Below are positions 24,901 to 39,947 of a stretch of DNA of 64,000 bases, piece after piece. The notes under the pieces were generated by a model. The model was given only the letters and a program-made list of their open reading frames with translations. It was not told the origin of the DNA and ran no database searches. Every line of letters starts with the position of its first letter. The first letter of the stretch is position 1. The stretch covers positions 4,092,001 through 4,156,000 of the forward strand of contig OZ059897.1 in the NCBI GenBank assembly GCA_964057225.1, read 5' to 3'. The translations under genes were made by a program, and so were the position numbers. The stretch is from Auanema rhodensis. Lineage: Eukaryota > Animalia > Nematoda.

Positions 24901-27900
24901 GCAATGTTGAGTGTACATGGGAACTCAGCATACACTAATGCATTATTTTTCAAACGATCATAACTAATTTTTGTATAGAGCGTTTCTCAATGTAGTATAG
25001 TTCATTCGATGCGAATTTTTAAGCTGCGTCGATCTGTGTTATCAGATTTGAGTTAGCTTAAAAATGCACCGAGATATCAACTGATATATGTTCACACTTA
25101 TATCCTCGATTTTCACCCTGAAGAAATGATTTTTTCGTTAACAAACATTGTCTATCGTATTCGTCTTGAAAAAAGGAATCTAAAAACATCTACTTTTTGT
25201 GAAATTATTTAGAAATTTTTCGGGAAAATTTTTGTCAAAATGTTTTTGGAAGCAATGTTGAGTGTACATGGGAACTCAGCATACACTAATGCATTATTTT
25301 TCAAACGATCATAACTAATTTTTGTATAGAGCGTTTCTCAATGTAGTATAGTGCATTCGATGCGGATTTTTAAGCTGCGTCGATCTGTGTTATCAGATTT
25401 GAGTTAGCTTAAAAATGCACCGAGATATCAACTGATATATGTTCACACTTATATCCTCGATTTTCACCCTGAAGAATTATATTTTTCGTTGAATAGCATT
25501 GTCCATCGTCTTAGCCTTGAAAAAAGGAATCTAAAAACATTTACTTTTTGCGAAATTATTCAGAAATTTTTCGGGAAAATTTTTGTCAAAATGTTTTTCG
25601 AAGCAATGTTGAGTGTACATGGGAACTCAGCATACACTAATGCATTATTTTTCAAACGATCATAACTAATTTTTGTATAAAGCGTTTCTCAATGTAGTAT
25701 AGTGCATTCGATGCGGATTTTTAAGCTGCGTCGATCTGTGTTATCAGATTTGAGTTAGCTTAAAAATGCACCGAGATATCAACTGATATATGTTCACACT
25801 TATATCCTCGATTTTCACCCTGAAGAAATGATTTTTTCGTTAACAAACATTGTCTATCGTATTCGTCTTGAAAAAAGGAATCTAAAAACATCTACTTTTT
25901 GTGAAATTATTTAGAAATTTTTCGGGAAAATTTTTGTCAAAATGTTTTTGGAAGCAATGTTGAGTGTACATGGGAACTCAGCATACACTAATGCATTATT
26001 TTTCAAACGATCATAACTAATTTTTGTATAGAGCGTTTCTCAATGTAGTATAGTTCATTCGATGCGGATTTTTAAGCTGCGTCGATCTGTGTTATCAGAT
26101 TTGAGTTAGCTTAAAAATGCACCGAGATATCAACTGATATATGTTCACACTTATATCCTCGATTTTCACCCTGAAGAAATGATTTTTTCGTTAACAAACA
26201 TTGTCTATCGTATTCGTCTTGAAAAAAGGAATCTAAAAACATCTACTTTTTGTGAAATTATTTAGAAATTTTTCGGGAAAATTTTTGTCAAAATGTTTTT
26301 GGAAGCAATGTTGAGTGTACATGGGAACTCAACATACACTAATGCATTATTTTTCAAACGATCATAACTAATTTTTGTATAGAGCGTTTCTCAATGTAGT
26401 ATAGTGCATTCGATGCGGATTTTTAAGCTGCGTCGATCTGTGTTATCAGATTTGCGCTAGCTTAAAAATGCACCGAGTAATCAACTGATATAGGTTCACA
26501 CTTATATCCTCGATTTTCACCCTGAAGAATTAATTTTTTCGTTGAATAACATTGTCCATCGTCTTTGCCTTGAAAAAAGAAATCTAAAAACTCCTACTTT
26601 TTGTGAAATTATTTAGAAATTTTTCGGGAAAATTTTTGTCACAATGTTTTTGGAAGCAATGTTGAGTGTACATGGGAACTCAACATACACTAATGCATTA
26701 TTTTTCAAACGATCATAACTAATTTTTGTATGGAGCGTTTCTCAATGTAGTATAGTGTATTCGATGCGGATTTTTAAGCTGCGTTGATCTGTGTTATCAG
26801 ATTTGCGCTAGCTCAAAAATGCACCGAGTAATCAACTGATATAGGTTCACACTTATATCCTCGATTTTCACCCTGAAGAATTAATTTTTTCGTTGAATAA
26901 CATTGTCCATCGTCTTTGCCTTGAAAAAAAAAATCTAAAAACTCCTACTTTTTGTGAAATTATTTAGAAATTTTTCGGGAAAATTTTTGTCACAATGTTT
27001 TTGGAAGCAATGTTGAGTGTACATGGGAACTCAGCATACACTAATGCATTATTTTTCAAACGATCATAACTAATTTTTGTATAGAGCGTTTCTCAATGTA
27101 GTATAGTGCATTCGATGCGGACTTTTAAGCTGCGTCGATCTGTGTTATCAGATTTGAGTTAGCTTAAAAATGCACCGAGATATCAACTGATATATGTTCA
27201 CACTTATATCCTCGATTTTCACCCTGAAGAAATGATTTTTTCGTTGAAAAACATTGTCCATCGTATTCGTCTTGAAAAAAAGAATCTAAAAACATCTACT
27301 TTTTGTGAAATTATTCAGAAAATTTTCGGGAAAATTTTTGTCAAAATGTTTTTGGAAGCAATGTTGAGTGTACATGGGAACTCAACATACACTAATGCAT
27401 TATTTTTCAAACGATCATAACTAATTTTTGTATGGAGCGTTTCTCAATGTAGTATAGTGCATTCGATGCGGATTTTTAAGCTGCGTTGATCTGTGTTATC
27501 AGATTTGCGCTAGCTTAAAAATGCACCGAGTAATCAACTGATATAGGTTCACACTTATATCCTCGATTTTCACCCTGAAGAATTAATTTTTTCGTTGAAT
27601 AACATTGTCCATCATCTTTGCCTTGAAAAAAGAAATCTAAAAACTCCTACTTTTTGTGAAATTATTTAGAAATTTTTCGGGAAAATTTTTGTCACAATGT
27701 TTTTGGAAGCAATGTTGAGTGTACATGGGAACTCAGCATACACTAATGCATTATTTTTCAAACGATCATAACTAATTTTTGTATGGAGCGTTTCTCAATG
27801 TAGTATAGTGCATTCGATGCGGATTTTTAAGCTGCGTTGATCTGTGTTATCAAATTTGCGCTAGCTTAAAAATGCACCGAGTAATCAACTGATATAGGTT

Positions 27901-29099
27901 CACACTTATATCCTCGATTTTCACCCTGAAGAATTAATTTTTTCGTTGAATAACATTGTCCATCGTCTTTGCCTTGAAAAAAGAAATCTAAAAACTCCTA
28001 CTTTTCGTGAAATTATTTAGAAATTTTTCGGGAAAATTTTTGTCACAATGTTTTTGGAAGCAATGTTGAGTGTACATGGGAACTCAGCATACACTAATGC
28101 ATTATTTTTCAAACGATCATAACTAATTTTTGAATAGAGCGTTTCTCAATGTAGTATAGTGCATTCGATGCGGATTTTTAAGCTGCGTCGATCTGTGTTA
28201 TCAGATTTGAGTTAGCTTAAAAATGCACCGAGATATCAACTGATATATGTTCACACTTATATCCTCGATTTTCACCCTGAAGAAATGATTTTTTCGTTGA
28301 AAAACATTGTCCATCGTATTCGTCTTGAAAAAAAAAATCTAAAAACATCTACTTTTTGTGAAATTATTCAGAAAATGTTCGGGAAAATTTTTGTCAAAAT
28401 GTTTTTGGAAGCAATGTTGAGTGTACATGGGAACTCAACATACACTAATGCATTATTTTTCAAACGATCATAACTAATTTTTGTATGGAGCGTTTCTCAA
28501 TGTAGTATAGTGCATTCGATGCGGATTTTTAAGCTGCGTTGATCTGTGTTATCAGATTTGCGCTAGCTTAAAAATGCACCGAGTAATCAACTGATATAGG
28601 TTCACACTTATATCCTCGATTTTCACCCTGAAGAATTAATTTTTTCGTTGAATAACATTGTCCATCATCTTTGCCTTGAAAAAAGAAATCTAAAAACTCC
28701 TACTTTTTGTGAAATTATTTAGAAATTTTTCGGGAAAATTTTTGTCACAATGTTTTTGGAAGCAATGTTGAGTGTACATGGGAACTCAGCATACACTAAT
28801 GCATTATTTTTCAAACGATCATAACTAATTTTTGTATGGAGCGTTTCTCAATGTAGTATAGTGCATTCGATGCGGATTTTTAAGCTGCGTTGATCTGTGT
28901 TATCAAATTTGCGCTAGCTTAAAAATGCACCGAGTAATCAACTGATATAGGTTCACACTTATATCCTCGATTTTCACCCTGAAGAATTAATTTTTTCGTT
29001 GAATAACATTGTCCATCGTCTTTGCCTTGAAAAAAGAAATCTAAAAACTCCTACTTTTCGTGAAATTATTTAGAAATTTTTCGGGAAAATTTTTGTCAC

Positions 29100-30968
29100 A
29101 ATGTTTTTGGAAGCAATGTTGAGTGTACATGGGAACTCAGCATACACTAATGCATTATTTTTCAAACGATCATAACTAATTTTTGTATAGAGCGTTTCTC
29201 AATGTAGTAAAGTGCATTCGATGCGGATTTTTAAGCTGCGTTGATCTGTGTTATCAAATTTGCGCTAGCTTAAAAATGCACCGAGTAATCAACTGATATA
29301 GGTTCACACTTATATCCTCGATGTTCACCCTGAAGAATTAATTTTTTCGTTGAATAACATTGTCCATCGTCTTTGCCTTGAAAAAAGAAATCTAAAAACT
29401 CCTACTTTTCGTGAAATTATTTAGAAATTTTTCGGGAAAATTTTTGTCACAATGTTTTTGGAAGCAATGTTGAGTGTACATGGGAACTCAGCATACACTA
29501 ATGCATTATTTTTCAAACGATCATAACTAATTTTTGTATAGAGCGTTTCTCAATGTAGTATAGTGCATTCGATGCGGATTTTTAAGCTGCGTCGATCTGT
29601 GTTATCAGATTTGAGTTAGCTTGAAAATGCACCGAGATATCAACTGATATATGTTCACACTTATATCCTCGATTTTCACCCTGAAGAAATGATTTTTTCG
29701 TTGAAAAACATTGTCCATCGTATTCGTCTTGAAAAAAGGAATCTAAAAACATCTACTTTTTGTGAAATTATTTAGAAATTTTTCGGGAAAATTTTTGTCA
29801 CAATGTTGATTTGATTTGAAGATTTGAGTTAGCTTAAAAATGCGCCGAGATATCAACTGATATATGTTCACACTTATATCCTCGATTTTCACCCTGAAGA
29901 AATGATTTTTTCGTTGAAAAACATTGTCCATCGTATTCGTCTTGAAAAAAAGAATCTAAAAACATCTACTTTTTGTGAAATTATTCAGAAATTTTTCGGG
30001 AAAATTTTTGTCAAAATGTTTTTGGAAGCAATGTTGAGTGTACATGGGAACTCAGCATACACTAATGCATTATTTTTCAAACGATCATAACTAATTTTTG
30101 TATAGAGCGTTTCTCAATGTAGTAAAGTGCATTCGATGCGGATTTTTAAGCTGCGTTGATCTGTGTTATCAAATTTGCGCTAGCTTAAAAATGCACCGAG
30201 TAATCAACTGATATAGGTTCACACTTATATCCTCGATGTTCACCCTGAAGAATTAATTTTTTCGTTGAATAACATTGTCCATCGTCTTTGCCTTGAAAAA
30301 AGAAATCTAAAAACTCCTACTTTTCGTGAAATTATTTAGAAATTTTTCGGGAAAATTTTTGTCACAATGTTTTTGGAAGCAATGTTGAGTGTACATGGGA
30401 ACTCAGCATACACTAATGCATTATTTTTCAAACGATCATAACTAATTTTTGTATAGAGCGTTTCTCAATGTAGTATAGTGCATTCGATGCGGATTTTTAA
30501 GCTGCGTCGATCTGTGTTATCAGATTTGAGTTAGCTTGAAAATGCACCGAGATATCAACTGATATATGTTCACACTTATATCCTCGATTTTCACCCTGAA
30601 GAAATGATTTTTTCGTTGAAAAACATTGTCCATCGTATTCGTCTTGAAAAAAGGAATCTAAAAACATCTACTTTTTGTGAAATTATTTAGAAATTTTTCG
30701 GGAAAATTTTTGTCACAATGTTGATTTGATTTGAAGATTTGAGTTAGCTTAAAAATGCGCCGAGATATCAACTGATATATGTTCACACTTATATCCTCGA
30801 TTTTCACCCTGAAGAAATGATTTTTTCGTTGAAAAACATTGTCCATCGTATTCGTCTTGAAAAAAAGAATCTAAAAACATCTACTTTTTGTGAAATTATT
30901 CAGAAATTTTTCGGGAAAATTTTTGTCAAAATGTTTTTGGAAGCAATGTTGAGTGTACATGGGAACTC
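29100..30968. repeat. Tandem duplication, 915-bp period (351+351+213), containing type A monomers at 29689 and 30604
   Basis: Private variants gtagtaaagtg (29210/30125) and cgatgttcacc (~29323/~30238) are both 915 apart. Confidence 0.92.
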
Positions 30969-32729
30969 AACATACACTAATGCATTATTTTTCAAACGAT
31001 CATAACTAATTTTTGTATGGAGCGTTTCTCAATGTAGTATAGTGCATTCGATGCGGATTTTTAAGCTGCGTTGATCTGTGTTATCAGATTTGCGCTAGCT
31101 TAAAAATGCACCGAGTAATCAACTGATATAGGTTCACACTTATATCCTCGATTTTCACCCTGAAGAATTAATTTTTTCGTTGAATAACATTGTCCATCGT
31201 CTTTGCCTTGAGAAAAGAAATCTAAAAACTCCTACTTTTTGTGAAATTTTTTAGAAATTTTTCGGGAAAATTTTTGTCACAATGTTTTTGGAAGCAATGT
31301 TGAGTGTACATGGGAACTCAGCATACACTAATGCATTATTTTTCAAACGATCATAACTAATTTTTGTATAGAGCGTTTCTCAATGTAGTATAGTGCATTC
31401 GATGCGGATTTTTAAGCTGCGTCGATCTGTGTTATCAGATTTGAGTTAGCTTAAAAATGCACCGAGATATCAACTGATATATGTTCACACTTATATCCTC
31501 GATTTTCACCCTGAAGAATTATATTTTTCGTTGAATAACATTGTCCATCGTCTTAGCCTTGAAAAAAGAAATCTAAAAACATTTACTTTTTGCGAAATTA
31601 TTCAGAAATTTTTCGGTAAAATTTTTGTCAAAATGTTTTTCGAAGCAATGTTGAGTGTACATGGGAACTCAGCATACACTAATGCATTATTTTTCAAACG
31701 ATCATAACTAATTTTTGTATAAAGCGTTTCTCAATGTAGTATAGTGCATTCGATGCGGATTTTTAAGCTGCGTCGATATGTGTTATCAGATTTGAGTTAG
31801 CTTAAAAATGCACCGAGATATCAACTGATATATGTTCACACTTATATCCTCGATTTTCACCCTGAAGAATTGATTTTTTCGTTGAATAACATTGTCCATC
31901 GTCTTCGTCTTGAAAAAAGGAATCTAAAAACATCTACTTTTTGTGAAATTATTTAGAAATTTTTCGGGAAAATTTTTGTCAAAATGTTTTTGGAAGCAAT
32001 GTTGAGTGTACATGGGAACTCAACATACACTAATGCATTATTTTTCATACGATCATAACTAATTTTTGTATTAAGCGTTTCTCAATGTAGTATAGTGCAT
32101 TCGATGCGGATTTTTAAGCTGCGTTGATCTGTGTTATCAGATTTGAGTTAACTTAAAAATGCACCGAGATATCAACTGATATATGTTCACACTTATATCC
32201 TCGATTTTCACCCTGAAGAAATGATTTTTTTGTTGAAAAACATTGTCCATCGTATTCGTCTTGAAAAAAGGAATCTAAAAACATCTACTTTTTGTGAAAT
32301 TATTTAGAAATTTTTCGGGAAAATTTTTGTCAAAATGTTTTTGGAAGCAATGTTGAGTGTACATGGGAACTCAGCATACACTAATGCATTATTTTTCAAA
32401 CGATCATAACTAATTTTTGTATAGAGCGTTTCTCAATGTAGTATAGTTCATTCGATGCGGATTTTTAAGCTGCGTCGATCTGTGTTATCAGATTTGAGTT
32501 AGCTTAAAAATGCACCGAGATATCAACTGATATATGTTCACACTTATATCCTCGATTTTCACCCTGAAGAAATGATTTTTTCGTTAACAAACATTGTCTA
32601 TCGTATTCGTCTTGAAAAAAGGAATCTAAAAACATCTACTTTTTGTGAAATTATTTAGAAATTTTTCGGGAAAATTTTTGTCAAAATGTTTTTGGAAGCA
32701 ATGTTGAGTGTACATGGGAACTCAACATA

Positions 32730-35700
32730 CACTAATGCATTATTTTTCAAACGATCATAACTAATTTTTGTATAGAGCGTTTCTCAATGTAGTATAGTGC
32801 ATTCGATGCGGATTTTTAAGCTGCGTCGATCTGTGTTATCAGATTTGCGCTAGCTTAAAAATGCACCGAGTAATCAACTGATATAGGTTCACACTTATAT
32901 CCTCGATTTTCACCCTGAAGAATTAATTTTTTCGTTGAATAACATTGTCCATCGTCTTTGCCTTGAGAAAAGAAATCTAAAAACTCCTACTTTTTGTGAA
33001 ATTATTTAGAAATTTTTCGGGAAAATTTTTGTCACAATGTTTTTGGAAGCAATGTTGAGTGTACATGGGAACTCAACATACACTAATGCATTATTTTTCA
33101 AACGATCATAACTAATTTTTGTATGGAGCGTTTCTCAATGTAGTATAGTGTATTCGATGCGGATTTTTAAGCTGCGTTGATCTGTGTTATCAGATTTGCG
33201 CTAGCTCAAAAATGCACCGAGTAATCAACTGATATAGGTTCACACTTATATCCTCGATTTTCACCCTGAAGAATTAATTTTTTCGTTGAATAACATTGTC
33301 CATCGTCTTTGCCTTGAAAAAAAAAATCTAAAAACTCCTACTTTTTGTGAAATTATTTAGAAATTTTTCGGGAAAATTTTTGTCACAATGTTTTTGGAAG
33401 CAATGTTGAGTGTACATGGGAACTCAGCATACACTAATGCATTATTTTTCAAACGATCATAACTAATTTTTGTATAGAGCGTTTCTCAATGTAGTATAGT
33501 GCATTCGATGCGGATTTTTAAGCTGCGTCGATCTGTGTTATCAGATTTGAGTTAGCTTAAAAATGCACCGAGATATCAACTGATATATGTTCACACTTAT
33601 ATCCTCGATTTTCACCCTGAAGAAATGATTTTTTCGTTGAAAAACATTGTCCATCGTATTCGTCTTGAAAAAAAGAATCTAAAAACATCTACTTTTTGTG
33701 AAATTATTCAGAAAATTTTCGGGAAAATTTTTGTCAAAATGTTTTTGGAAGCAATGTTGAGTGTACATGGGAACTCAACATACACTAATGCATTATTTTT
33801 CAAACGATCATAACTAATTTTTGTATGGAGCGTTTCTCAATGTAGTATAGTGCATTCGATGCGGATTTTTAAGCTGCGTTGATCTGTGTTATCAGATTTG
33901 CGCTAGCTTAAAAATGCACCGAGTAATCAACTGATATAGGTTCACACTTATATCCTCGATTTTCACCCTGAAGAATTAATTTTTTCGTTGAATAACATTG
34001 TCCATCATCTTTGCCTTGAAAAAAGAAATCTAAAAACTCCTACTTTTTGTGAAATTATTTAGAAATTTTTCGGGAAAATTTTTGTCACAATGTTTTTGGA
34101 AGCAATGTTGAGTGTACATGGGAACTCAGCATACACTAATGCATTATTTTTCAAACGATCATAACTAATTTTTGTATGGAGCGTTTTTCAATGTAGTATA
34201 GTGCATTCGATGCGGATTTTTAAGCTGCGTTGATCTGTGTTATCAAATTTGCGCTAGCTTAAAAATGCACCGAGTAATCAACTGATATAGGTTCACACTT
34301 ATATCCTCGATTTTCACCCTGAAGAAATGATTTTTTCGTTGAAAAACATTGTCCATCGTATTCGTCTTGAAAAAAGGAATCTAAAAACATCTACTTTTTG
34401 TGAAATTATTTAGAAATTTTTCGGGAAAATTTTTGTCACAATGTTGATTTGATTTGAAGATTTGAGTTAGCTTAAAAATGCGCCGAGATATCAACTGATA
34501 TATGTTCACACTTATATCCTCGATTTTCACCCTGAAGAAATGATTTTTTCGTTGAAAAACATTGTCCATCGTATTCGTCTTGAAAAAAAGAATCTAAAAA
34601 CATCTACTTTTTGTGAAATTATTCAGAAATTTTTCGGGAAAATTTTTGTCAAAATGTTTTTGGAAGCAATGTTGAGTGTACATGGGAACTCAACATACAC
34701 TAATGCATTATTTTTCAAACGATCATAACTAATTTTTGTATGGAGCGTTTCTCAATGTAGTATAGTGCATTCGATGCGGATTTTCAAGCTGCGTTGATCT
34801 GTGTTATCAGATTTGCGCTAGCTTAAAAATGCACCGAGTAATCAACTGATATAGGTTCACACTTATATCCTCGATTTTCACCCTGAAGAATTAATTTTTT
34901 CGTTGAATAACATTGTCCATCGTCTTTGCCTTGAAAAAAAAAATCTAAAAACTCCTACTTTTTGTGAAATTATTTAGAAATTTTTCGGGAAAATTTTTGT
35001 CACAATGTTTTTGGAAGCAATGTTGAGTGTACATGGGAACTCAGCATACACTAATGCATTATTTTTCAAACGATCATAACTAATTTTTGTATAGAGCGTT
35101 TCTCAATGTAGTATAGTGCATTCGATGCGGATTTTTAAGCTGCGTCGATCTGTGTTATCAGATTTGCGCTAGCTTAAAAATGCACCGAGTAATCAACTGA
35201 TATAGGTTCACACTTATATCCTCGATTTTCACCCTGAAGAATTAATTTTTTCGTTGAATAACATTGTCCATCGTCTTTGCCTTGAGAAAAGAAATCTAAA
35301 AACTCCTACTTTTTGTGAAATTATTTAGAAATTTTTCGGGAAAATTTTTGTCACAATGTTTTTGGAAGCAATGTTGAGTGTACATGGGAACTCAACATAC
35401 ACTAATGCATTATTTTTCAAACGATCATAACTAATTTTTGTATGGAGCGTTTCTCAATGTAGTATAGTGTATTCGATGCGGATTTTTAAGCTGCGTTGAT
35501 CTGTGTTATCAGATTTGCGCTAGCTCAAAAATGCACCGAGTAATCAACTGATATAGGTTCACACTTATATCCTCGATTTTCACCCTGAAGAATTAATTTT
35601 TTCGTTGAATAACATTGTCCATCGTCTTTGCCTTGAAAAAAAAAATCTAAAAACTCCTACTTTTTGTGAAATTATTTAGAAATTTTTCGGGAAAATTTTT

Positions 35701-37485
35701 GTCACAATGTTTTTGGAAGCAATGTTGAGTGTACATGGGAACTCAGCATACACTAATGCATTATTTTTCAAACGATCATAACTAATTTTTGTATAGAGCG
35801 TTTCTCAATGTAGTATAGTGCATTCGATGCGGATTTTTAAGCTGCGTCGATCTGTGTTATCAGATTTGAGTTAGCTTAAAAATGCACCGAGATATCAACT
35901 GATATATGTTCACACTTATATCCTCGATTTTCACCCTGAAGAAATGATTTTTTCGTTGAAAAACATTGTCCATCGTATTCGTCTTGAAAAAAAGAATCTA
36001 AAAACATCTACTTTTTGTGAAATTATTCAGAAAATTTTCGGGAAAATTTTTGTCAAAATGTTTTTGGAAGCAATGTTGAGTGTACATGGGAACTCAACAT
36101 ACACTAATGCATTATTTTTCAAACGATCATAACTAATTTTTGTATGGAGCGTTTCTCAATGTAGTATAGTGCATTCGATGCGGATTTTTAAGCTGCGTTG
36201 ATCTGTGTTATCAGATTTGCGCTAGCTTAAAAATGCACCGAGTAATCAACTGATATAGGTTCACACTTATATCCTCGATTTTCACCCTGAAGAATTAATT
36301 TTTTCGTTGAATAACATTGTCCATCATCTTTGCCTTGAAAAAAGAAATCTAAAAACTCCTACTTTTTGTGAAATTATTTAGAAATTTTTCGGGAAAATTT
36401 TTGTCACAATGTTTTTGGAAGCAATGTTGAGTGTACATGGGAACTCAGCATACACTAATGCATTATTTTTCAAACGATCATAACTAATTTTTGTATGGAG
36501 CGTTTTTCAATGTAGTATAGTGCATTCGATGCGGATTTTTAAGCTGCGTTGATCTGTGTTATCAAATTTGCGCTAGCTTAAAAATGCACCGAGTAATCAA
36601 CTGATATAGGTTCACACTTATATCCTCGATTTTCACCCTGAAGAAATGATTTTTTCGTTGAAAAACATTGTCCATCGTATTCGTCTTGAAAAAAGGAATC
36701 TAAAAACATCTACTTTTTGTGAAATTATTTAGAAATTTTTCGGGAAAATTTTTGTCACAATGTTGATTTGATTTGAAGATTTGAGTTAGCTTAAAAATGC
36801 GCCGAGATATCAACTGATATATGTTCACACTTATATCCTCGATTTTCACCCTGAAGAAATGATTTTTTCGTTGAAAAACATTGTCCATCGTATTCGTCTT
36901 GAAAAAAAGAATCTAAAAACATCTACTTTTTGTGAAATTATTCAGAAATTTTTCGGGAAAATTTTTGTCAAAATGTTTTTGGAAGCAATGTTGAGTGTAC
37001 ATGGGAACTCAACATACACTAATGCATTATTTTTCAAACGATCATAACTAATTTTTGTATGGAGCGTTTCTCAATGTAGTATAGTGCATTCGATGCGGAT
37101 TTTCAAGCTGCGTTGATCTGTGTTATCAGATTTGCGCTAGCTTAAAAATGCACCGAGTAATCAACTGATATAGGTTCACACTTATATCCTCGATTTTCAC
37201 CCTGAAGAATTAATTTTTTCGTTGAATAACATTGTCCATCGTCTTTGCCTTGAAAAAAAAAATCTAAAAACTCCTACTTTTTGTGAAATTATTTAGAAAT
37301 TTTTCGGGAAAATTTTTGTCACAATGTTTTTGGAAGCAATGTTGAGTGTACATGGGAACTCAGCATACACTAATGCATTATTTTTCAAACGATCATAACT
37401 AATTTTTGTATAGAGCGTTTCTCAATGTAGTATAGTGCATTCGATGCGGATTTTTAAGCTGCGTCGATCTGTGTTATCAGATTTG
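32730..37485. repeat. Tandem duplication, 2319-bp period (6x351+213), type A monomers at 34327 and 36646
   Basis: 33625/35944, 34381/36700 and 34540/36859 differ by 2319, and variant order matches. Edges approximate. Confidence 0.88.
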
Positions 37486-38613
37486 AGTTAGCTTAAAAAT
37501 GCACCGAGATATCAACTGATATATGTTCACACTTATATCCTCGATTTTCACCCTGAAGAAATGATTTTTTCGTTGAAAAACATTGTCCATCGTATTCGTC
37601 TTGAAAAAAAGAATCTAAAAACATCTACTTTTTGTGAAATTATTCAGAAAATTTTCGGGAAAATTTTTGTCAAAATGTTTTTGGAAGCAATGTTGAGTGT
37701 ACATGGGAACTCAACATACACTAATGCATTATTTTTCAAACGATCATAACTAATTTTTGTATGGAGCGTTTCTCAATGTAGTATAGTGCATTCGATGCGG
37801 ATTTTTAAGCTGCGTTGATCTGTGTTATCAGATTTGCGCTAGCTTAAAAATGCACCGAGTAATCAACTGATATAGGTTCACACTTATATCCTCGATTTTC
37901 ACCCTGAAGAATTAATTTTTTCGTTGAATAACATTGTCCATCATCTTTGCCTTGAAAAAAGAAATCTAAAAACTCCTACTTTTTGTGAAATTATTTAGAA
38001 ATTTTTCGGGAAAATTTTTGTCACAATGTTTTTGGAAGCAATGTTGAGTGTACATGGGAACTCAGCATACACTAATGCATTATTTTTCAAACGATCATAA
38101 CTAATTTTTGTATTTAGCGTTTTTCAATGTAGTATAGTGCATTCGATGCGGATTTTTAAGCTGCGTTGATCTGTGTTATCAAATTTGCGCTAGCTTAAAA
38201 ATGCACCGAGTAATCAACTGATATAGGTTCACACTTATATCCTCGATTTTCACCCTGAAGAATTAATTTTTTCGTTGAATAACATTGTCCATCGTCTTTG
38301 CCTTGAAAAAAGAAATCTAAAAACTCCTACTTTTCGTGAAATTATTTAGAAATTTTTCGGGAAAATTTTTGTCACAATGTTTTTGGAAGCAATGTTGAGT
38401 GTACATGGGAACTCAGCATACACTAATGCATTATTTTTCAAACGATCATAACTAATTTTTGTATAGAGCGTTTCTCAATGTAGTATAGTGCATTCGATGC
38501 GGATTTTTAAGCTGCGTCGATCTGTGTTATCAGATTTGAGTTATCTTGAAAATGCACCGAGATATCAACTGATATATGTTCACACTTATATCCTCGATTT
38601 TCACCCTGAAGAA

Positions 38614-39947
38614 ATGATTTTTTCGTTGAAAAACATTGTCCATCGTATTCGTCTTGAAAAAAGGAATCTAAAAACATCTACTTTTTGTGAAATTATTTAG
38701 AAATTTTTCGGGAAAATTTTTGTCACAATGTTGATTTGATTTGAAGATTTGAGTTAGCTTAAAAATGCGCCGAGATATCAACTGATATATGTTCACACTT
38801 ATATCCTCGATTTTCACCCTGAAGAAATGATTTTTTCGTTGAAAAACATTGTCCATCGTATTCGTCTTGAAAAAAAGAATCTAAAAACATCTACTTTTTG
38901 TGAAATTATTCAGAAATTTTTCGGGAAAATTTTTGTCAAAATGTTTTTGGAAGCAATGTTGAGTGTACATGGGAACTCAACATACACTAATGCATTATTT
39001 TTCAAACGATCATAACTAATTTTTGTATGGAGCGTTTCTCAATGTAGTATAGTGCATTCGATGCGGATTTTCAAGCTGCGTTGATCTGTGTTATCAGATT
39101 TGCGCTAGCTTAAAAATGCACCGAGTAATCAACTGATATAGGTTCACACTTATATCCTCGATTTTCACCCTGAAGAATTAATTTTTTCGTTGAATAACAT
39201 TGTCCATCGTCTTTGCCTTGAGAAAAGAAATCTAAAAACTCCTACTTTTTGTGAAATTTTTTAGAAATTTTTCGGGAAAATTTTTGTCACAATGTTTTTG
39301 GAAGCAATGTTGAGTGTACATGGGAACTCAGCATACACTAATGCATTATTTTTCAAACGATCATAACTAATTTTTGTATAGAGCGTTTCTCAATGTAGTA
39401 TAGTGCATTCGATGCGGATTTTTAAGCTGCGTCGATCTGTGTTATCAGATTTGAGTTAGCTTAAAAATGCACCGAGATATCAACTGATATATGTTCACAC
39501 TTATATCCTCGATTTTCACCCTGAAGAATTATATTTTTCGTTGAATAACATTGTCCATCGTCTTAGCCTTGAAAAAAGGAATCTAAAAACATTTACTTTT
39601 TGCGAAATTATTCAGAAATTTTTCGGGAAAATTTTTTTCGATCTGTGTTATCAGATTTGAGTTAGCTTGAAAATGCACCGAGATATCAACTGATATATGT
39701 TCACACTTATATCCTCGATTTTCACCCTGAAGAAATGATTTTTTCGTTGAAAAACATTGTCCATCGTATTCGTCTTGAAAAAAGGAATCTAAAAACATCT
39801 ACTTTTTGTGAAATTATTTAGAAATTTTTCGGGAAAATTTTTGTCACAATGTTGATTTGATTTGAAGATTTGAGTTAGCTTAAAAATGCACCGAGATATC
39901 AACTGATATATGTTCACACTTATATCCTCGATTTTCACCCTGAAGAA
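38614..39947. repeat. Cassette 213-351-351-206-213
   Basis: Type A at 38614, B at 39529 and A at 39735. The two A copies are 1121 apart. Confidence 0.95.
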